From Lepidodermella squamata (taxonomy: Eukaryota; Animalia; Gastrotricha), in assembly GCA_047495785.1 (NCBI GenBank), contig JBLDXI010000033.1:1550001-1614000 (forward strand): a stretch of DNA of 64,000 nucleotides, in the 5' to 3' direction. Position 1 is the stretch's first letter. Every line of letters starts with the position of its first letter. Of the stretch, positions 1-12,282 are shown one piece after another. A program made the translations under genes and the position numbers. The notes beneath the pieces are model-generated. The model made no database searches and had not been told where the DNA came from. It was given only the letters and a program-made list of their open reading frames with translations.

Positions 1-457
1 CGCACCCTTTTAATCACACGTCTATACGGCGTTTTGCCCCAAATGAGCGCAAAAACTGATACCAATTATATCGCAAAATGACTTAATTATACCCATTAAA
101 GCCGCTATTGAATCGGGTTTTTCACCGACAGTGAAGGGATTTCAGCGATAAGCTGCCCACTTTTTCATTATAATATGTGACGCTGTGTGAAAGTTTATCT
201 CGCCCCTTTGCACCCAGCCGGAAAAGTCATTTGGCACCCATTTTTCATTGTTTAGTATGTCTTGCCAACCAGCGCGTATATTGTTATCAGATGCCGAAAC
301 AGCGGGCGGCGGCTAATTTCCCCGTTAGATGCTCCGCCTCTGATTACCGCCTATAAGTTGATGAGTAGTTGACGAGAGGCGATGTCACCTAGTTGATGAA
401 TCATGATATTGAAAATGATAAAAAATCTGGAGCCGAAGGGGCTAATTTAGAACTTAA

Positions 458-1244
458 CCCTTTCATGGCCATAACGACGATTTCGGAATTTTGACTTTGA
501 CAGTGCACCAAAATTTCATTTTGATTTATTTTTTATTTTTGATCGCCCTTTCAAGCAATACTACTTTTCGATGTTGGCTACAAGAATTTGAAACAATCAG
601 ACCGCTATCTCACACCGTTTTGAAAATATGACCATTTTAAAATTGATAACTGAGGTATGAAATTTCGATTTTTCTCAAATTGAAATTAAGGTAACCCCAT
701 CTCATTATCCGGTCATACAAAAAATACTACAGTGTCCGGCATAGTCTCATTGACCTGTGTGCAAATTGTTATCTGATTTCGACAAAAACTAACAGCGCTG
801 CCTTGATTTTAGCTAAGTGGTCGAAATCGTCCTGTCGGCCCAGACGATATACAGGCGAGATGCGGGTTTTTTGTGCTTCAAAACGGCGGCGTGTGAAAAA
901 GCTGACTTGGCTGAATACTGATCGAAATGCTGATTTTTGAAAACTGGGTTTAACTGATTTCTTTTCTCAGAATAATGAAGGGAGAATTTCAGGGACCGTT
1001 AAGGGAGAGGCTTAGAACATGCAAATTCAATGTTGACAGCATCTAATGCTGTAACTAGGGTGTTTGAAAAATGTGCTGAAATCAGCTGGGCCGATAGGGC
1101 GATTTCGACCACTTTTTGCACAGCCTTAACGGTGATGGATAGAGACAAGCGGGTTTCAAAATCGTGATCAGGGCCTTCGAAAACCCCTAGAACTCCTGTC
1201 AAATATTTTTTCTACCGGAGATAAATAATTCGGCCATGAAAGGG
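458..1244. mobile_element. Non-autonomous piggyBac-type DNA transposon (MITE)
   Basis: 13-bp TIRs CCCTTTCATGGCC / GGCCATGAAAGGG, flanked on both sides by TTAA (454-457, 1245-1248). CCC termini with a TTAA TSD are the piggyBac signature. No coding capacity. Confidence 0.85.
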
Positions 1245-1303
1245 TTAATTAAATCAGGCAGATTCTTAAGCCTCATGAATTCAGCTTCAATGTTCAATGT
1301 TCA

Positions 1304-1385
1304 AGGTTTTCGTTTTTTCGAAAAATTGGGAAATTTTTATGTACCTACATAAAAATTTCCCAATTTTTCGAAAAAACGAAAACCT
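1304..1385. repeat. Perfect inverted repeat, about 40-bp arms with 2-nt loop
   Basis: aggttttcgttttttcgaaaaattgggaaatttttatgta-cc-tacataaaaatttcccaatttttcgaaaaaacgaaaacct. Confidence 0.9.
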
Positions 1386-1736
1386 GATAATCAATTACTT
1401 CTTTGTGATCTTTTATAAATAATCTCACAATTTTTATGATTTTTTTTGTTTATTGCCTGATAATCGAATCTTCAGAAATAGGGTAATCAGCTTTGAGTAT
1501 AAGTAATGTCCAACATTTTGGGCTTGAGTCGAAATTTTCAGATCATTTTGCGCAATCTCGAGACCTCTGTTCTTCGATCCAACTGCTCAGCTAATTGTGA
1601 TTCTGAAGCGCCATTATTTAATGCGTAATAATTCGCGTGTTATTCTTCGATTTGCTGCAATGATGCTCCATCCTAATTGGCGCCAAGTCGATAAAGGACT
1701 GCCTATGCTGGCAGATTATTGACAAATTAAAAAAAA

Positions 1737-2897
1737 ATGATTTCTATATGGGGATTTTCATTTATTGGTATGCAAAGCAATTCGGATATTTTTATTGAAT
1801 TTTACGAATTTTTCCAATCCAGTGATCGCCCTGGTTTGTGCCGTCTCATGCAATCCAGCTGAACAGGCCGCCGGAGTAGCTGACCAACAAGCTGGCGAGA
1901 GGACAGCTTGGGTTAGCGTTGAGTAAGTCGAATTTAGGTTTCCAGATAATTCCGCAATTCAAATCATTTCCAGCCACGAAGTAACGAAGAAGAAGAAATC
2001 TCGCCGTGGTCATACTGGACCTACAGGTATATCTCCATGTTTTCTTCCTTAAAAATCGAATTTTCAACGTCAATAATTATAGGCCCTCAAGGCGATGCCG
2101 GGCCTCCTGGCGAACCTGGAGAAAAAGGCGATCGCGGCGATACGGGTAAGTATTCGATTTTCCAGTCAGCGAGTCGCATTTCTCTCTTATTGTTAGGTCC
2201 CATCGGACCGCCCGGCCCTCAGGGTCCTCGTGGTAATGACGGCACCCCGGGATTTCAAGGTAAAGAATTAAAATTTGGCATTTTCATTTATGTAAGAGTC
2301 TTTTAGGACCCCCGGGACCTTCGGGTGGACCTGGGCCGATCGGCCCGCCAGGTCCCCCAGGGTTTACACCAGTCGCAAGCGCTCCATTACCCGGAAAACC
2401 TGGTAAAGACGGAGCTAAAGGAGAACCAGGTTTGATGTTCATTTAATGGTAATACGAACCGTATTCATTCTTTTCATTCAAGGAATTCCGGGGCCACCAG
2501 GGCCACCGGGACCGCCAGGCGTTAACGGTGTAGCTGGAGCGCCTGGGCCAAAGGGTGATGGTGGCCTTGTCGGAACACCCGGTGTGAAAGGTGACTGCGG
2601 AGAGCCGGGCGAACAAGGTTTTATTTAATGATTCATATTATTTGGCATCAATAGCATTTCTTCAAAGGTGTTCAAGGAACTCCAGGTTTAACCGGCCCAC
2701 CAGGACCGCCCGGTCCCCCTGGACCTGGAAGCAACTGCACCGCTGAAATTCTGCTCATTCGTCAGGAAATCAAAATCATCCTCCAGTTTCTTATCAAGAC
2801 TCCGGTTTTCCGACCACGCGTTCGACCCGATCTTGAAGAGGAAGAAAACGGCCATGCTGAACCCGCTGAACTGGTTCAACTCCTCAAGAAATTGTAA
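1737..2897 (+). CDS. Short-chain secreted collagen-like protein (multi-exon)
   Basis: Signal-peptide-like start [10 protein letters not shown]|[10 protein letters not shown]; basic KKKKSRR then Gly-X-Y exons ([22 protein letters not shown] ... [12 protein letters not shown]) separated by about 50-nt GT-AG introns; C-terminal [21 protein letters not shown] ... LLKKL, TAA at 2895-2897, AATAAA downstream. Confidence 0.85.
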
Positions 2898-3019
2898 CAA
2901 AAAATATGTTTTCCACTTCGAAATAATTTATCGAATAAAATCATAATTTATTATTGGTCTTTATTGCTCGTTTTGGTTGTAAAAGAAAGAGTATGGGTAT
3001 GTGGCATATAAGCATAGTA

Positions 3020-5777
3020 CAGGGTGTTTCATAAAAAACCGAACTCCTATAAAAATGTACTGCTGCTGCGCGTTATCGATTATTTTCGCGAGAGCATTTT
3101 TTTCTCCAAAAATGCACCAAAACCGCACGGTCACCGCAAATTTTACGCATTTCCCCGAGAGAAAGCCATGCGGTAGCAGCAACAAAATTCGCGGTGTTTC
3201 AGGCACATTTTCAGTTACAGTATGAGTTTTACACGGTGAAAACAAAATTCCTCCGGTGAATTCGCATATTTTATTACGATCTACATTTTCACCTAAAGTT
3301 TATACGAAAATTCGTTAGTGACAAGTTGTTTGCGGCTTCTCTATTACCAAAAATTCTATTTTTGCATCAAAATCAGCAAATAAACCGCAATTTTTATTGA
3401 AAGGATGGCCCCTTTCAAACGCGCGCGACGAAGTCCGAATCCTGACCGTTCGCGCTCCGGTATCGAGTCCGACTGGGAAGCGGGTCTGCCTGGATCCCGG
3501 ATTGTGCTTAATGGAATGAATTCAAACAAATACCGCAATAGTGGACAGATGGGACACAGGCAAGGGCAGATGTCAATCCGAGTGCGGCGGAGTAGGTAAA
3601 AGTGTATTTATGTGCACTGCTAGCTCCGCCGAGCTCGGGCATCGGCATGATACTCAAGCGAAAAGAGCGATGATCAGTTCCACACTATAGGCAGATTCGG
3701 GGGTTCCACACTAGGACGGACAGCCCAAGTACGGCGAGAACCCAACGTTTTCCGCCGCACTCGAGCCGACACCTCGGCTGGCACGTGTGCAGTCTAACGA
3801 GATTTGATAAAATTCGTTGAATTTACAGTGTCGCATACAGGCATGTTCTAGGGAAACCCGAGCGCGGAGTGGCAAAGCGCCGTTATTCAACCGCATACAG
3901 GCCGGCTAAAACGCGAACTGGCCGAAATCGGGCGAAATCGGGCTTGGGATAGGGCCCCAACACCAAACAGCGCTAAGAGCTTTTCCATCACAGAAAATTG
4001 AAGTTGTTCCAATCCAATCCATTCTTTTGGACGGACAAGCCGCCATTCATGTATAACATGCTGGGAGTGGAAGCTATGACGCGATTGTTATCCGACGACG
4101 CTGAATCTAAGATATTTCGAAACTAGGGATTATCAGAAGTATTAACCACCAATGTAGTGCTAAAACATGCCATCCAAAGACCAAAAAAGATGAGGCATAA
4201 GGCGTAAGGCGTTTGGTTATAGAACATTGGTCAGAATTTTTGTCGGAACGGTTCGGTCAGAACGCGCACGAGTCTACTGTGAGAATTGCGGATGCGCACT
4301 TCTTATGCATGATAAGCAATGGGCGAATGCACCAAGGCAATTGATTTCGTTGAGAAAAAGACGAAAGAGCATTTTCTTTAATAAGCACAATAGCAGCACA
4401 TCGCGTCGTTGTCGGTCAGTAGTAACAAATTTTCGGCCGATCACTCGTGTCTCAGCGGCGAATTATTACGCCGCATATGCCCAGTGCACGCGAATCCGCA
4501 TGGAGATACATTGCTCTCTTTGCGTTATACGATATAGTTTTGGCAGATGTCCGAACTCACGATGTAAAATGAAATTGTCCGCAGAGTTTTGTCAAGTTTT
4601 TGCTGACAGTTTTTTGTTTGAGCGGAGGGTTTACTATAAGTAGGGCCTTCCCCAGGTCATACGTTGATTATATATTTACCACAGGTAACTAAAGTAGAAC
4701 TCATTGACCGCTAATAACACGGCGTCCATGCGTGACATCCGTCACTCTGAGCGAATACTTGACACTAAGTCATGGAAGAATGCCAGTCGAGCTATACTGA
4801 TTTCTGTCAAATCTACGATACCTGCCTTTACCAAGCACTGCAGCGTATCGGCAGCGGCATTGTGTTCTTCTCCCCTTCCGGTTTCTCGATAGAGTGTGTG
4901 CCGGCCATGATGTCTCAAAGGTTGTAGCCGAGCCTTCTCAGAGAGATCCCACGATTTTTGATCAGCCCGACTGGGTAAGGCACTTTAAACACGAGATATG
5001 GATGCATTGCCGAAATAGCACGTTCAAATTAGCGATTGTGCGCGTTCAAGTTCCTCGGTGACTTTTGCACGGCGCATGCGCATAGCGAAATAAGTAAGAT
5101 CTCAGTTGACAATAATTCAAGAGCGAAGCAGGTTTGGACGGAGTTTACAAGTTATTTCAAAAAAGAGAATCAGAGACAATCAATATTCGGCCGTTACCCT
5201 TATTTCTTCGAATATTTCACTGTCGTTTTGCCGTTGATCCACTTTCAGTTTGCCTGAAAAGTCCTGAAAACCTAAGAAACCACACACTCCGAGGTTAAAC
5301 GCCACGAGGGAACTGCAGATAACGTTATTTTTCCACGGTTAAACTTGTTCAATTTCCTATAGGAACATTTGCTCAAATTTTCAAAACTTTTCACCGTCGT
5401 TTCACCGTTGATCTACTCGCAGTTTACCTTAAAACTGCTAAAAATATAGGAAATCGCACACTTAAACCCACCCCAAAGCTAAATGGAAGAATGCACGGCA
5501 ATAGTTTTGACGGCAATGTTAGTCTTTATCATCGAGGATAATTTAGGTTAAATATCACAGAAATTGACCGCAGGTTAACCGTGAATTCACCGTGAACACA
5601 CCGTAAAATGCCACGTTTTCACCGTAGAAATGCCGCATTCCTGCCGCTTTTTTCTCCCCGCGACACTGCAAAAAATAACATGGCGCATGAAAAATCGATA
5701 ACGGCAGTACTTTTCATATATTATCTATGCATGCTGATATAAGGCTCATCTCGTACGGTTTTTTATGAAACACCCTG
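3020..5777. mobile_element. Non-autonomous Tc1/mariner-type element with nested insertions
   Basis: 22-bp TIRs CAGGGTGTTTCATAAAAAACCG / CGGTTTTTTATGAAACACCCTG with TA on both sides (3018-3019, 5778-5779); degenerate subterminal inverted similarity; no transposase ORF. Confidence 0.8.
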
Positions 5778-5811
5778 TATAACAATTTTTCAATTTTTCG
5801 CCGGGTTTTCT

Positions 5812-7108
5812 TTAAACTTTATCAGCAGCCGCGCAGGTGCCGTGTTTATCGCAATGGCCAGCTTTCTTGAAAACTGCAACAGGAATAATTAAAAAAATCA
5901 AAAGACTTGGGAAATTTTGGTAACAAACCCAAGTTGAAGGCCACTGAACGGTATTGCTGACCTGGGCAGCACGCGTATTCTTTATCAGTCGCGACAGCTG
6001 AGTGGCCACTGAGCTCGACTCCGGCCGTAGCCTGGTACTCGCTGACATCAACATCACCGCCATCGATCTGAACGTCCAACTTGGTGATATCATGCGCCCA
6101 GCTACCGAGAATGATCGAGCAAGTCTGTTTGTTTCGAGCGTTAAAAAAAATTATTGAAAAATTATTAAAATTCAACCAACCGTCTCAGCTTCGACGTGCT
6201 TCTCTTTCTTCTGCTTGCCGGTTTTTTCGACGGTCTCAGTCGCAGCCGGAGCAGCGGTTGGTGTCGTGGTGGTGCAAGGAGCTCGAAGGTTGACAGTCGG
6301 AACCCAGATAACAGTTCCGTCGCTGGTGATCAGAACATCAGCGTCGCCAAATGAGTTCTGCTTGTCTCCGTTATGATGATTGCTGTACCCCAGTGAATTA
6401 ATTAGGTATCATTATATGGAAATTTTACAAAAATTACTCGTTGTAAATCGCAATATCAGGCTTCCAGATGTGTTGAGCCCCAAGGACAACGGACTGGGCG
6501 CCGCCGAAAGCCGCCGGGTCCCAGGCGAGGCTGGCGTCCTTCCAGCTCATCTTAAGCCAGCCTTGAACTGAGGCCTGGGCTTTGTCGACTTTGTGCACCT
6601 TGGTCAAGGCGAAGCCAAGGTTAACTGGCAAGGCATCGGCTCTAAGATGTTCAAAAAATGGCAAATAATTAGAATAATATTACATACGAATAATATATGA
6701 ATAATGTAGCAGTTCCTTGATCGAGAATAGGAAAAATTAAGTTATTAAAAAAGGTGAAATTGAAAAAATGAAAATTCCACCTTAAAAAATCTGATAAGCG
6801 AAAATTGAGTGTTTGGAATAATATTAGTCAAATATAATAATATAATAATATAATATTATGAAAAGGGGTGAATTTCAGAGGAAGTCCTATAATTATAAAG
6901 CATCGAAAGGCTCTTACATATTCGCGACAGGACGACCGTAGACCCCGTTCTCGTGGGCAGTTTTGATCAAATGCTTGGCGAGCTCTTTCTCTGGAAAAGC
7001 TCCTGGGAAAATTGTTGGAATAAATTACATCAATTTTTAAAAAATATCAAGTTCATTACCTGCCGAAACGTAGCTCGCCAGCAAAATTACCGCGTAAACC
7101 TTGAACAT
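5812..7108 (-). CDS. Soluble acetylcholine-binding protein (AChBP)-like; nAChR alpha-type ligand-binding domain with no TM helices
   Basis: Six exons by eye: MFKVYAVILLASYVSA|G..GVYGRPVAN|..QGWLKMSWKDASLAWDP..WKPDIAIYN|D..DGTVIWVP..C(32 aa)|TCSIILGSWAHD..YACCPGQQY..|VFKKAGHCDKHGTCAAADKV*. Loop A, B, C (vicinal CC) and D aromatics are present. The stop follows beta10. TATA-like TATAAAAG lies about 100 bp upstream. Confidence 0.85.
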
Positions 7109-7652
7109 TTCTAAGGATTTTCTAAAACAGGAGAAAGTCTTTGATTAAGTATACTGTTTTAGGTACACGTAAGCAGTGTTCTATCAGGTATGCGGAAACA
7201 ACTGCGCTTTTATATATCGCCGTTATGATTACGTGGCATATCTTTCTTATACTGTACAGTCATAGAAAGGCGGCTCTTGATAAACACACCGGTATTGCAA
7301 ATATAATGGGAGCAGAAATAACAATGCCACGTATGCGCGTTATAATACTAATTTAACAGAGCGAACAGGAGCGGCAATAAACGTAATAAACAATTTTTAT
7401 CTTACGCGACTGGTTATAGTGATAATTTATTGCGTTATCATTTATTTGCAGTTCGGGGACGTGTGCTCACTTAACCTCCCTTAATATAAAAATAATAAGT
7501 ACCAGAGGGAGTGGTAACAAAAAATAATAAAAACGCGCAGAGAAATTCAATAAAATAGCCAATAATTACGCGTTAATTTTTTGCTCGCGGCATTTTTCAC
7601 CAAATAATGGTAATTGCTCGGCATCAGGCGCCGCTCTTCGTCAGAGTGCAAT

Positions 7653-8117
7653 ATGAGTGTTTTAAAAGCAATATTCCTGATAGCTGTCGGTAGCCTAACT
7701 CGCCCCGTCCAGAGTATTGTTTGCTATATCAGTTATGGTTACGAGTATGACAAGTTGATAATGGACGGTGACGCTTGCAAGGTGTGCAGCTTGGTGCGGC
7801 GGTATCGAGTCGGCGAAGCGAATAACCACGCTAAACACGTATCATCAATTCTCTACAGCCACTCGCCAACGTTGCAGAGCTGCTTCACGTCAACAGCGCA
7901 GGAACACGCGTGCGAGCGGTTTTGCCATCGATTGAAGGTGAAAGCTCATTCTTGCAATGAAATAGTTGCCGAGTGTCGGTGTTGTGCCTATGACAAGTGC
8001 AATATGGTTGGAAACTCGGCGCGGCGGGTTCATAGGGCTTGTTCCGAACTTTCTGCTGTGATAATTATTACCGCTTATCTTATTATCTCATCTGTCGTTC
8101 ACTGGAAGTTATTATGA
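7653..8117 (+). CDS. Ly6/uPAR (three-finger)-like GPI-anchored protein, paralogue 1
   Basis: Signal peptide, CY, CxxC, SCF, CxxxC, ECRCCAYDKCN, then a hydrophobic C-terminal GPI-type tail; intronless. Confidence 0.8.
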   Translation: MSVLKAIFLIAVGSLTRPVQSIVCYISYGYEYDKLIMDGDACKVCSLVRRYRVGEANNHAKHVSSILYSHSPTLQSCFTSTAQEHACERFCHRLKVKAHSCNEIVAECRCCAYDKCNMVGNSARRVHRACSELSAVIIITAYLIISSVVHWKLL

Positions 8118-8179
8118 CGCAGTTTTTGTTCTCACGGTGTGGTTTATGATACGTACGCGGCAATATAATAATAAATGAT

Positions 8180-9700
8180 AGGTACCGATAATGTCAGGGG
8201 ATGAAGGATTTGTCAGGGAATTTTCGTAAATGAATCATTGCTTCTTCAACAAGTTGAATTATTGGGCCCTTGCCCATCCCATCATTTTAGTCCTTCTTTG
8301 CCAATTCCATCAGAGGAGAAGTCCCATCTCGTGCGCTATTGTGATCGGCAGCAACAGTTTTCCGTCAAATAAAGCATTCGATATGGGGAGATCCTCGAAT
8401 TTCTGTTACGATTTTGGCATTCAGCCTTATATTTGGTAAAACACCGACTCTGAAATTTTCCGATTTTCACGAAATTATCGATCAGCATCTCATCAGATAG
8501 CCGAAATTCCTATAGTCATATGAGGCGTAATTATCGATCAAAGGGTTTGCCAAGTGCGCACCCAAAATTTAGGGTTCCAGCTAATTGCTAATAATTGAGA
8601 CTGCAGCACTAGATTTCCCCTAAATATGATTTTTCGAATTTCTAGTTTTCAATAGAATCTCAATTTGTTTGTTATCATGCCTAACCGATATACCTTCATA
8701 TTGGGCGTATTTCGCGCTGTGAGCGATCATTTTACTTCATCCTATAGAGCCGATATCGATTCCAAGTATCGATTTTAGAAATCAGTGAATTTCCTGATAT
8801 CAGCCGTCTTGGATCCCAAGATCAATAATTTTTCTACGTAGCTTAGGGCAGCATGTAGCTAAAATAAAAAATCCTAGGATTAGGAAGAGCATCAGTATCG
8901 ATCAAAAGCCGAAAATGCGGAAAATCGCAAAGAATCTGAAAAATTTAGTGCTGGAACCTCATTTTTAGTGGCGGAAATATTGTGACCCCAAATAAACGTC
9001 GAATTCCTGAAAATTCAGACAAATTTAGCGTTAGAAGGCTCAAATTTTAGTTGTTATATTCGGACCCATAAACAATTTGAAAATTCTGAGTAATTTTAAA
9101 CATGGTGTTCTGTTTCCACCCGGCAGGCATCACATGCGGGCGTTCTTTTGTATTGAACCAGAAAAACAAGTTTTCTATTGTGTCCGTTTTCTATAAAAGA
9201 AAAATCGTGGCCAGCGGCGAAGCTCGTTTTGTAAGAATATCCGGCATCCGATTAGTTCAATTAAAATTGAGTGAAAATGTAAGGAAATGTATGTCCGTAA
9301 AATGGCTGAATTGCAGGCAAGGCTAGAAAATGAGATAATAGTACTTGCCATACATAACGCTTAGCTGCCCTGGAGTGCATGTCCGATTTTTCGGCTATCT
9401 CGCTTCCGATATAGTTAAGGAAATCGATAGCTAAAAAAACGCGATATTTCGAGTACTAATGTTTTAAGAACGTCCAACTTCTTATAGAGTCTAACGCCCT
9501 TATTGTCTGCATCGGTATCAGATTTCTTGAGATAGGATCATCAAATTAGTGTCATAGCCCATAGTTTCTAATCGTGCCAAGTTCTTTGTCCTGAGGTTTT
9601 CCCTAAATCTGTCAGACACTCAACGCGAATCAATAAAAATGGCCGTTTTAGCAGTAGGTAAATAATTAATCAGATGCCCGTAATTCCTGAGGCCTTAATG
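8180..9700. mobile_element. Probable non-autonomous DNA transposon / interspersed repeat
   Basis: The segment at about 8740-8990 (tagagccgatatcgatt..atcagtgaatt..cagtatcgatcaa) recurs at about 14780-15030 and, inverted, at about 19570-19700. Non-coding. Ends in ..ggccTTAA. Boundaries uncertain. Confidence 0.4.
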
Positions 9701-9957
9701 CTTTTCAATAATAACAAAAAAAAATATCCTTCTATTGACTTTGAGTATTACTGTTCCTAACAACAGTGTCTCAGCTTGAGGTAAAATCGAACGACGCTAC
9801 GCGCTTTGATTTGACGCGGCACAATCTGATTGATACAAGCGCGTAGTAAATATCTAATGTGTAAATCTCAGGTATGACAACAAAGTATCTTCTATAAAAT
9901 GTGGGCACCGCTTTATTATTTGATTTTCGCGTTATATTGTATATAGCTCGCTCGAAA

Positions 9958-10455
9958 ATGCGGCAATATCCGTGGCTGGAAGTTACTTTTCTACTAGCCA
10001 CAATCAGAGTCGAATGGTCGCGGGGCGATGTAGCTGAGCGGGATATCAGATGCTACCTGAGTTACGGCCACGACGAAACCCGCCTCCACGACCCTCATAA
10101 ATATCGCATGCTGGAGATGATGAGCGGCTGCACGACGTGCGGGTTGTTAAGGCGGGTCTTTCGCAACACGAAAACTCTCGACGTTATCGGCGAGATGGCG
10201 CCTATTCAGAGCTGCTTCACCATGACGGCCGAACCGGACGGGTGTAACAAATATTGCGAGGACATGTTGGCGAAACAGCCGCCGCATCAACACGTTATTG
10301 AATGCTTGTGTTGCCAGACTAACAAGTGCAATCTACACATGGCTAGCTCATCAACTGCTTCGGTTCGTTTCATGGTAGCCGCGAATCTACTCGTCAATGC
10401 TGCGATACTAACGTCTGTTGTTCCAATATTTTTCGCCTATTATAGCTTTGATTAA
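9958..10455 (+). CDS. Ly6/three-finger-like GPI-anchored protein, paralogue 2
   Basis: MRQYPW.. signal, CYLSYG, CTTC, SCF, CNKYC, ECLCCQTNKCN, hydrophobic tail. Confidence 0.8.
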   Translation: MRQYPWLEVTFLLATIRVEWSRGDVAERDIRCYLSYGHDETRLHDPHKYRMLEMMSGCTTCGLLRRVFRNTKTLDVIGEMAPIQSCFTMTAEPDGCNKYCEDMLAKQPPHQHVIECLCCQTNKCNLHMASSSTASVRFMVAANLLVNAAILTSVVPIFFAYYSFD

Positions 10456-10701
10456 ATAAAGCCGATACGACAAGAATTTTTCTGTGATTTATTAATGGCT
10501 GCCAGTCAATCGGAAACTAGAGAACAGTAACCAGGAAATGGAGGAAAAATTGCGTGGTTATTTAGAATCTAATCAAGCTAAAAACTCCTCAAGTCGAATA
10601 CCCTGGAGACCTTTTTCACTGAATGATCTCATGAGGCCACCTATAATAAGTGCAGGTACTAATATTAAATGAAATTTTCCCAGTATACCTGCTATAGTAA
10701 A

Positions 10702-11148
10702 ATGCAAAGATCAATCCCGATGAATTTCTTTAATGTAGCCCTCACTGAACTGATGCAAATCGTCGCGGTTTCGGCGATATCTTGCCATCTCAGTTTCGGC
10801 CACGACGGCCATACTAATCGCCGGCTGCACTGGCGGGTGTTGGAGATGAGCGGGTGCCACACGTGTAATCTAATGCGGCGATCCTATGTCGACAGAACCG
10901 GCCGCGTTCGCTACGACATGCCGCCGATGCAAAACTGCTTCACGACATCAGCTCAACCAGATGGGTGTTTCACGTTCTGCGAACGAATGCTGGCGAAACC
11001 TCCGACCAGTCAACTGATTACCGAATGCACATGCTGTTCGACCGAACTTTGCAATGATACAGGGGCTATTAGTTCTACTGTAAGACACAATTCAGCAGTA
11101 CATTTGTGGATTTTGAGCGCAATTATTTCATCAACTTTACGAAATTAG
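10702..11148 (+). CDS. Ly6/three-finger-like GPI-anchored protein, paralogue 3
   Basis: CHLSFG, LEMSGCHTC, NCF, CFTFC, ECTCCSTELCN; closest to paralogue 2. Start codon uncertain (10669, 10702 or 10720). Confidence 0.78.
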   Translation: MQRSIPMNFFNVALTELMQIVAVSAISCHLSFGHDGHTNRRLHWRVLEMSGCHTCNLMRRSYVDRTGRVRYDMPPMQNCFTTSAQPDGCFTFCERMLAKPPTSQLITECTCCSTELCNDTGAISSTVRHNSAVHLWILSAIISSTLRN

Positions 11149-11739
11149 TAAAAATCTACCTTAATTTTTGTATCGGCAGAAAAACAACTAATTCGCATGC
11201 GGAATACGGTGTCATCACTTTTATCACACATATTTTTATTGCATTTTCATGCGGCGCGGTGTAATGACGCATATTATTATTATACCGCATCTACATGTAT
11301 GGAAATAACATTATTAGAGGGCAAGCCGTATGAGAGCCACTCGTGCCAAGAAGCTATCCAGTTTCCGCCCGGAGCTGATGGTCAAGTAAAACTGGGTCAT
11401 TGACACACACATTTACGAAAAATTGACCTACATACATCTATTTAGAGATCTATCGCCAGCAATAAAAAATCCAAAGGCAGAAAAACGCGTGCACCTTAAT
11501 AAATTGAAACAACGCGATGATATTCAAAATGCGAAAAATCATGTTGAATAAATAGTTTTATTGACAGAAAAACAAAGTTCCGTCACCCGATATTACAGCA
11601 AAATTCAGTTGATCATGACGTCGGAGCGATCGATTTTCACACCCGAATTTCGGAGCAAAAAATATGATGTCTCGTATTAATAGAATAAAGTAATGTTATT
11701 CCCGCAATATGTAAGTATATTAGGAAAACTTCGTCAGAT

Positions 11740-12282
11740 ATGAAGCTAAATCTTTACCCTTTCTTTCTGGTTATCAATATTTTAACTATGACAAAATTTA
11801 GCCAATCTGTGATTTGCTACATTGGTTATGGCGGCTCAAAAACGCATCCGATGTTGATGGAACAATCTGGATGTAGCGTTTGCGCGATTTCCCGGCATTA
11901 CAAAGTTCCGCCGTTCGACGTCGATTTGCCGGAAGATTCCGAAAATTACAACGAAGAGGCAGCCGCTTCGCCGGCAGCAGATACCAGCGACCAGCCGGCC
12001 GACGACAGCGATGCAATTATCGACAAACCACCGATTTTGTTAAAATCGTCTTACTCCTGCTTTGCGATAACTTCATCGCTCGAATCTTGCTTGTACAACT
12101 GCCGCGTTCTCCGGCGTAGTGTTATTTCAGCGTCGAACGGCGATGAATTTATCGGAGAGTGCCGGTGCTGTCAGGTTGATCTGTGCAACATAGGTATCAA
12201 ACTCACGCCAGGGTTGTGGACTCATATCGCCACTTCCTGCCTAGTGACAGCAGCTATGATTATTATTCTTACCGCTATGTAA
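11740..12282 (+). CDS. Ly6/three-finger-like GPI-anchored protein, paralogue 4
   Basis: Signal, CYIGYG, MEQSGCSVC, acidic insert, SCF, CLYNC, ECRCCQVDLCN, hydrophobic tail. Confidence 0.8.
   Translation: MKLNLYPFFLVINILTMTKFSQSVICYIGYGGSKTHPMLMEQSGCSVCAISRHYKVPPFDVDLPEDSENYNEEAAASPAADTSDQPADDSDAIIDKPPILLKSSYSCFAITSSLESCLYNCRVLRRSVISASNGDEFIGECRCCQVDLCNIGIKLTPGLWTHIATSCLVTAAMIIILTAM

Noticed and set aside
3397-4980. Short ORFs and Harbinger-like GGCCC ends inside the Tc1-type element
   Set aside because: No matching TIR/TSD pair or protein motif could be established; treated as unclassified nested debris.
7109-7180. Acceptor-like pyrimidine-AG just upstream of several ATGs, suggesting SL trans-splicing or operons
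   Set aside because: Equally explained by 5' UTR introns or AT-rich background; TATA-like elements are present; cannot be supported without transcript data.
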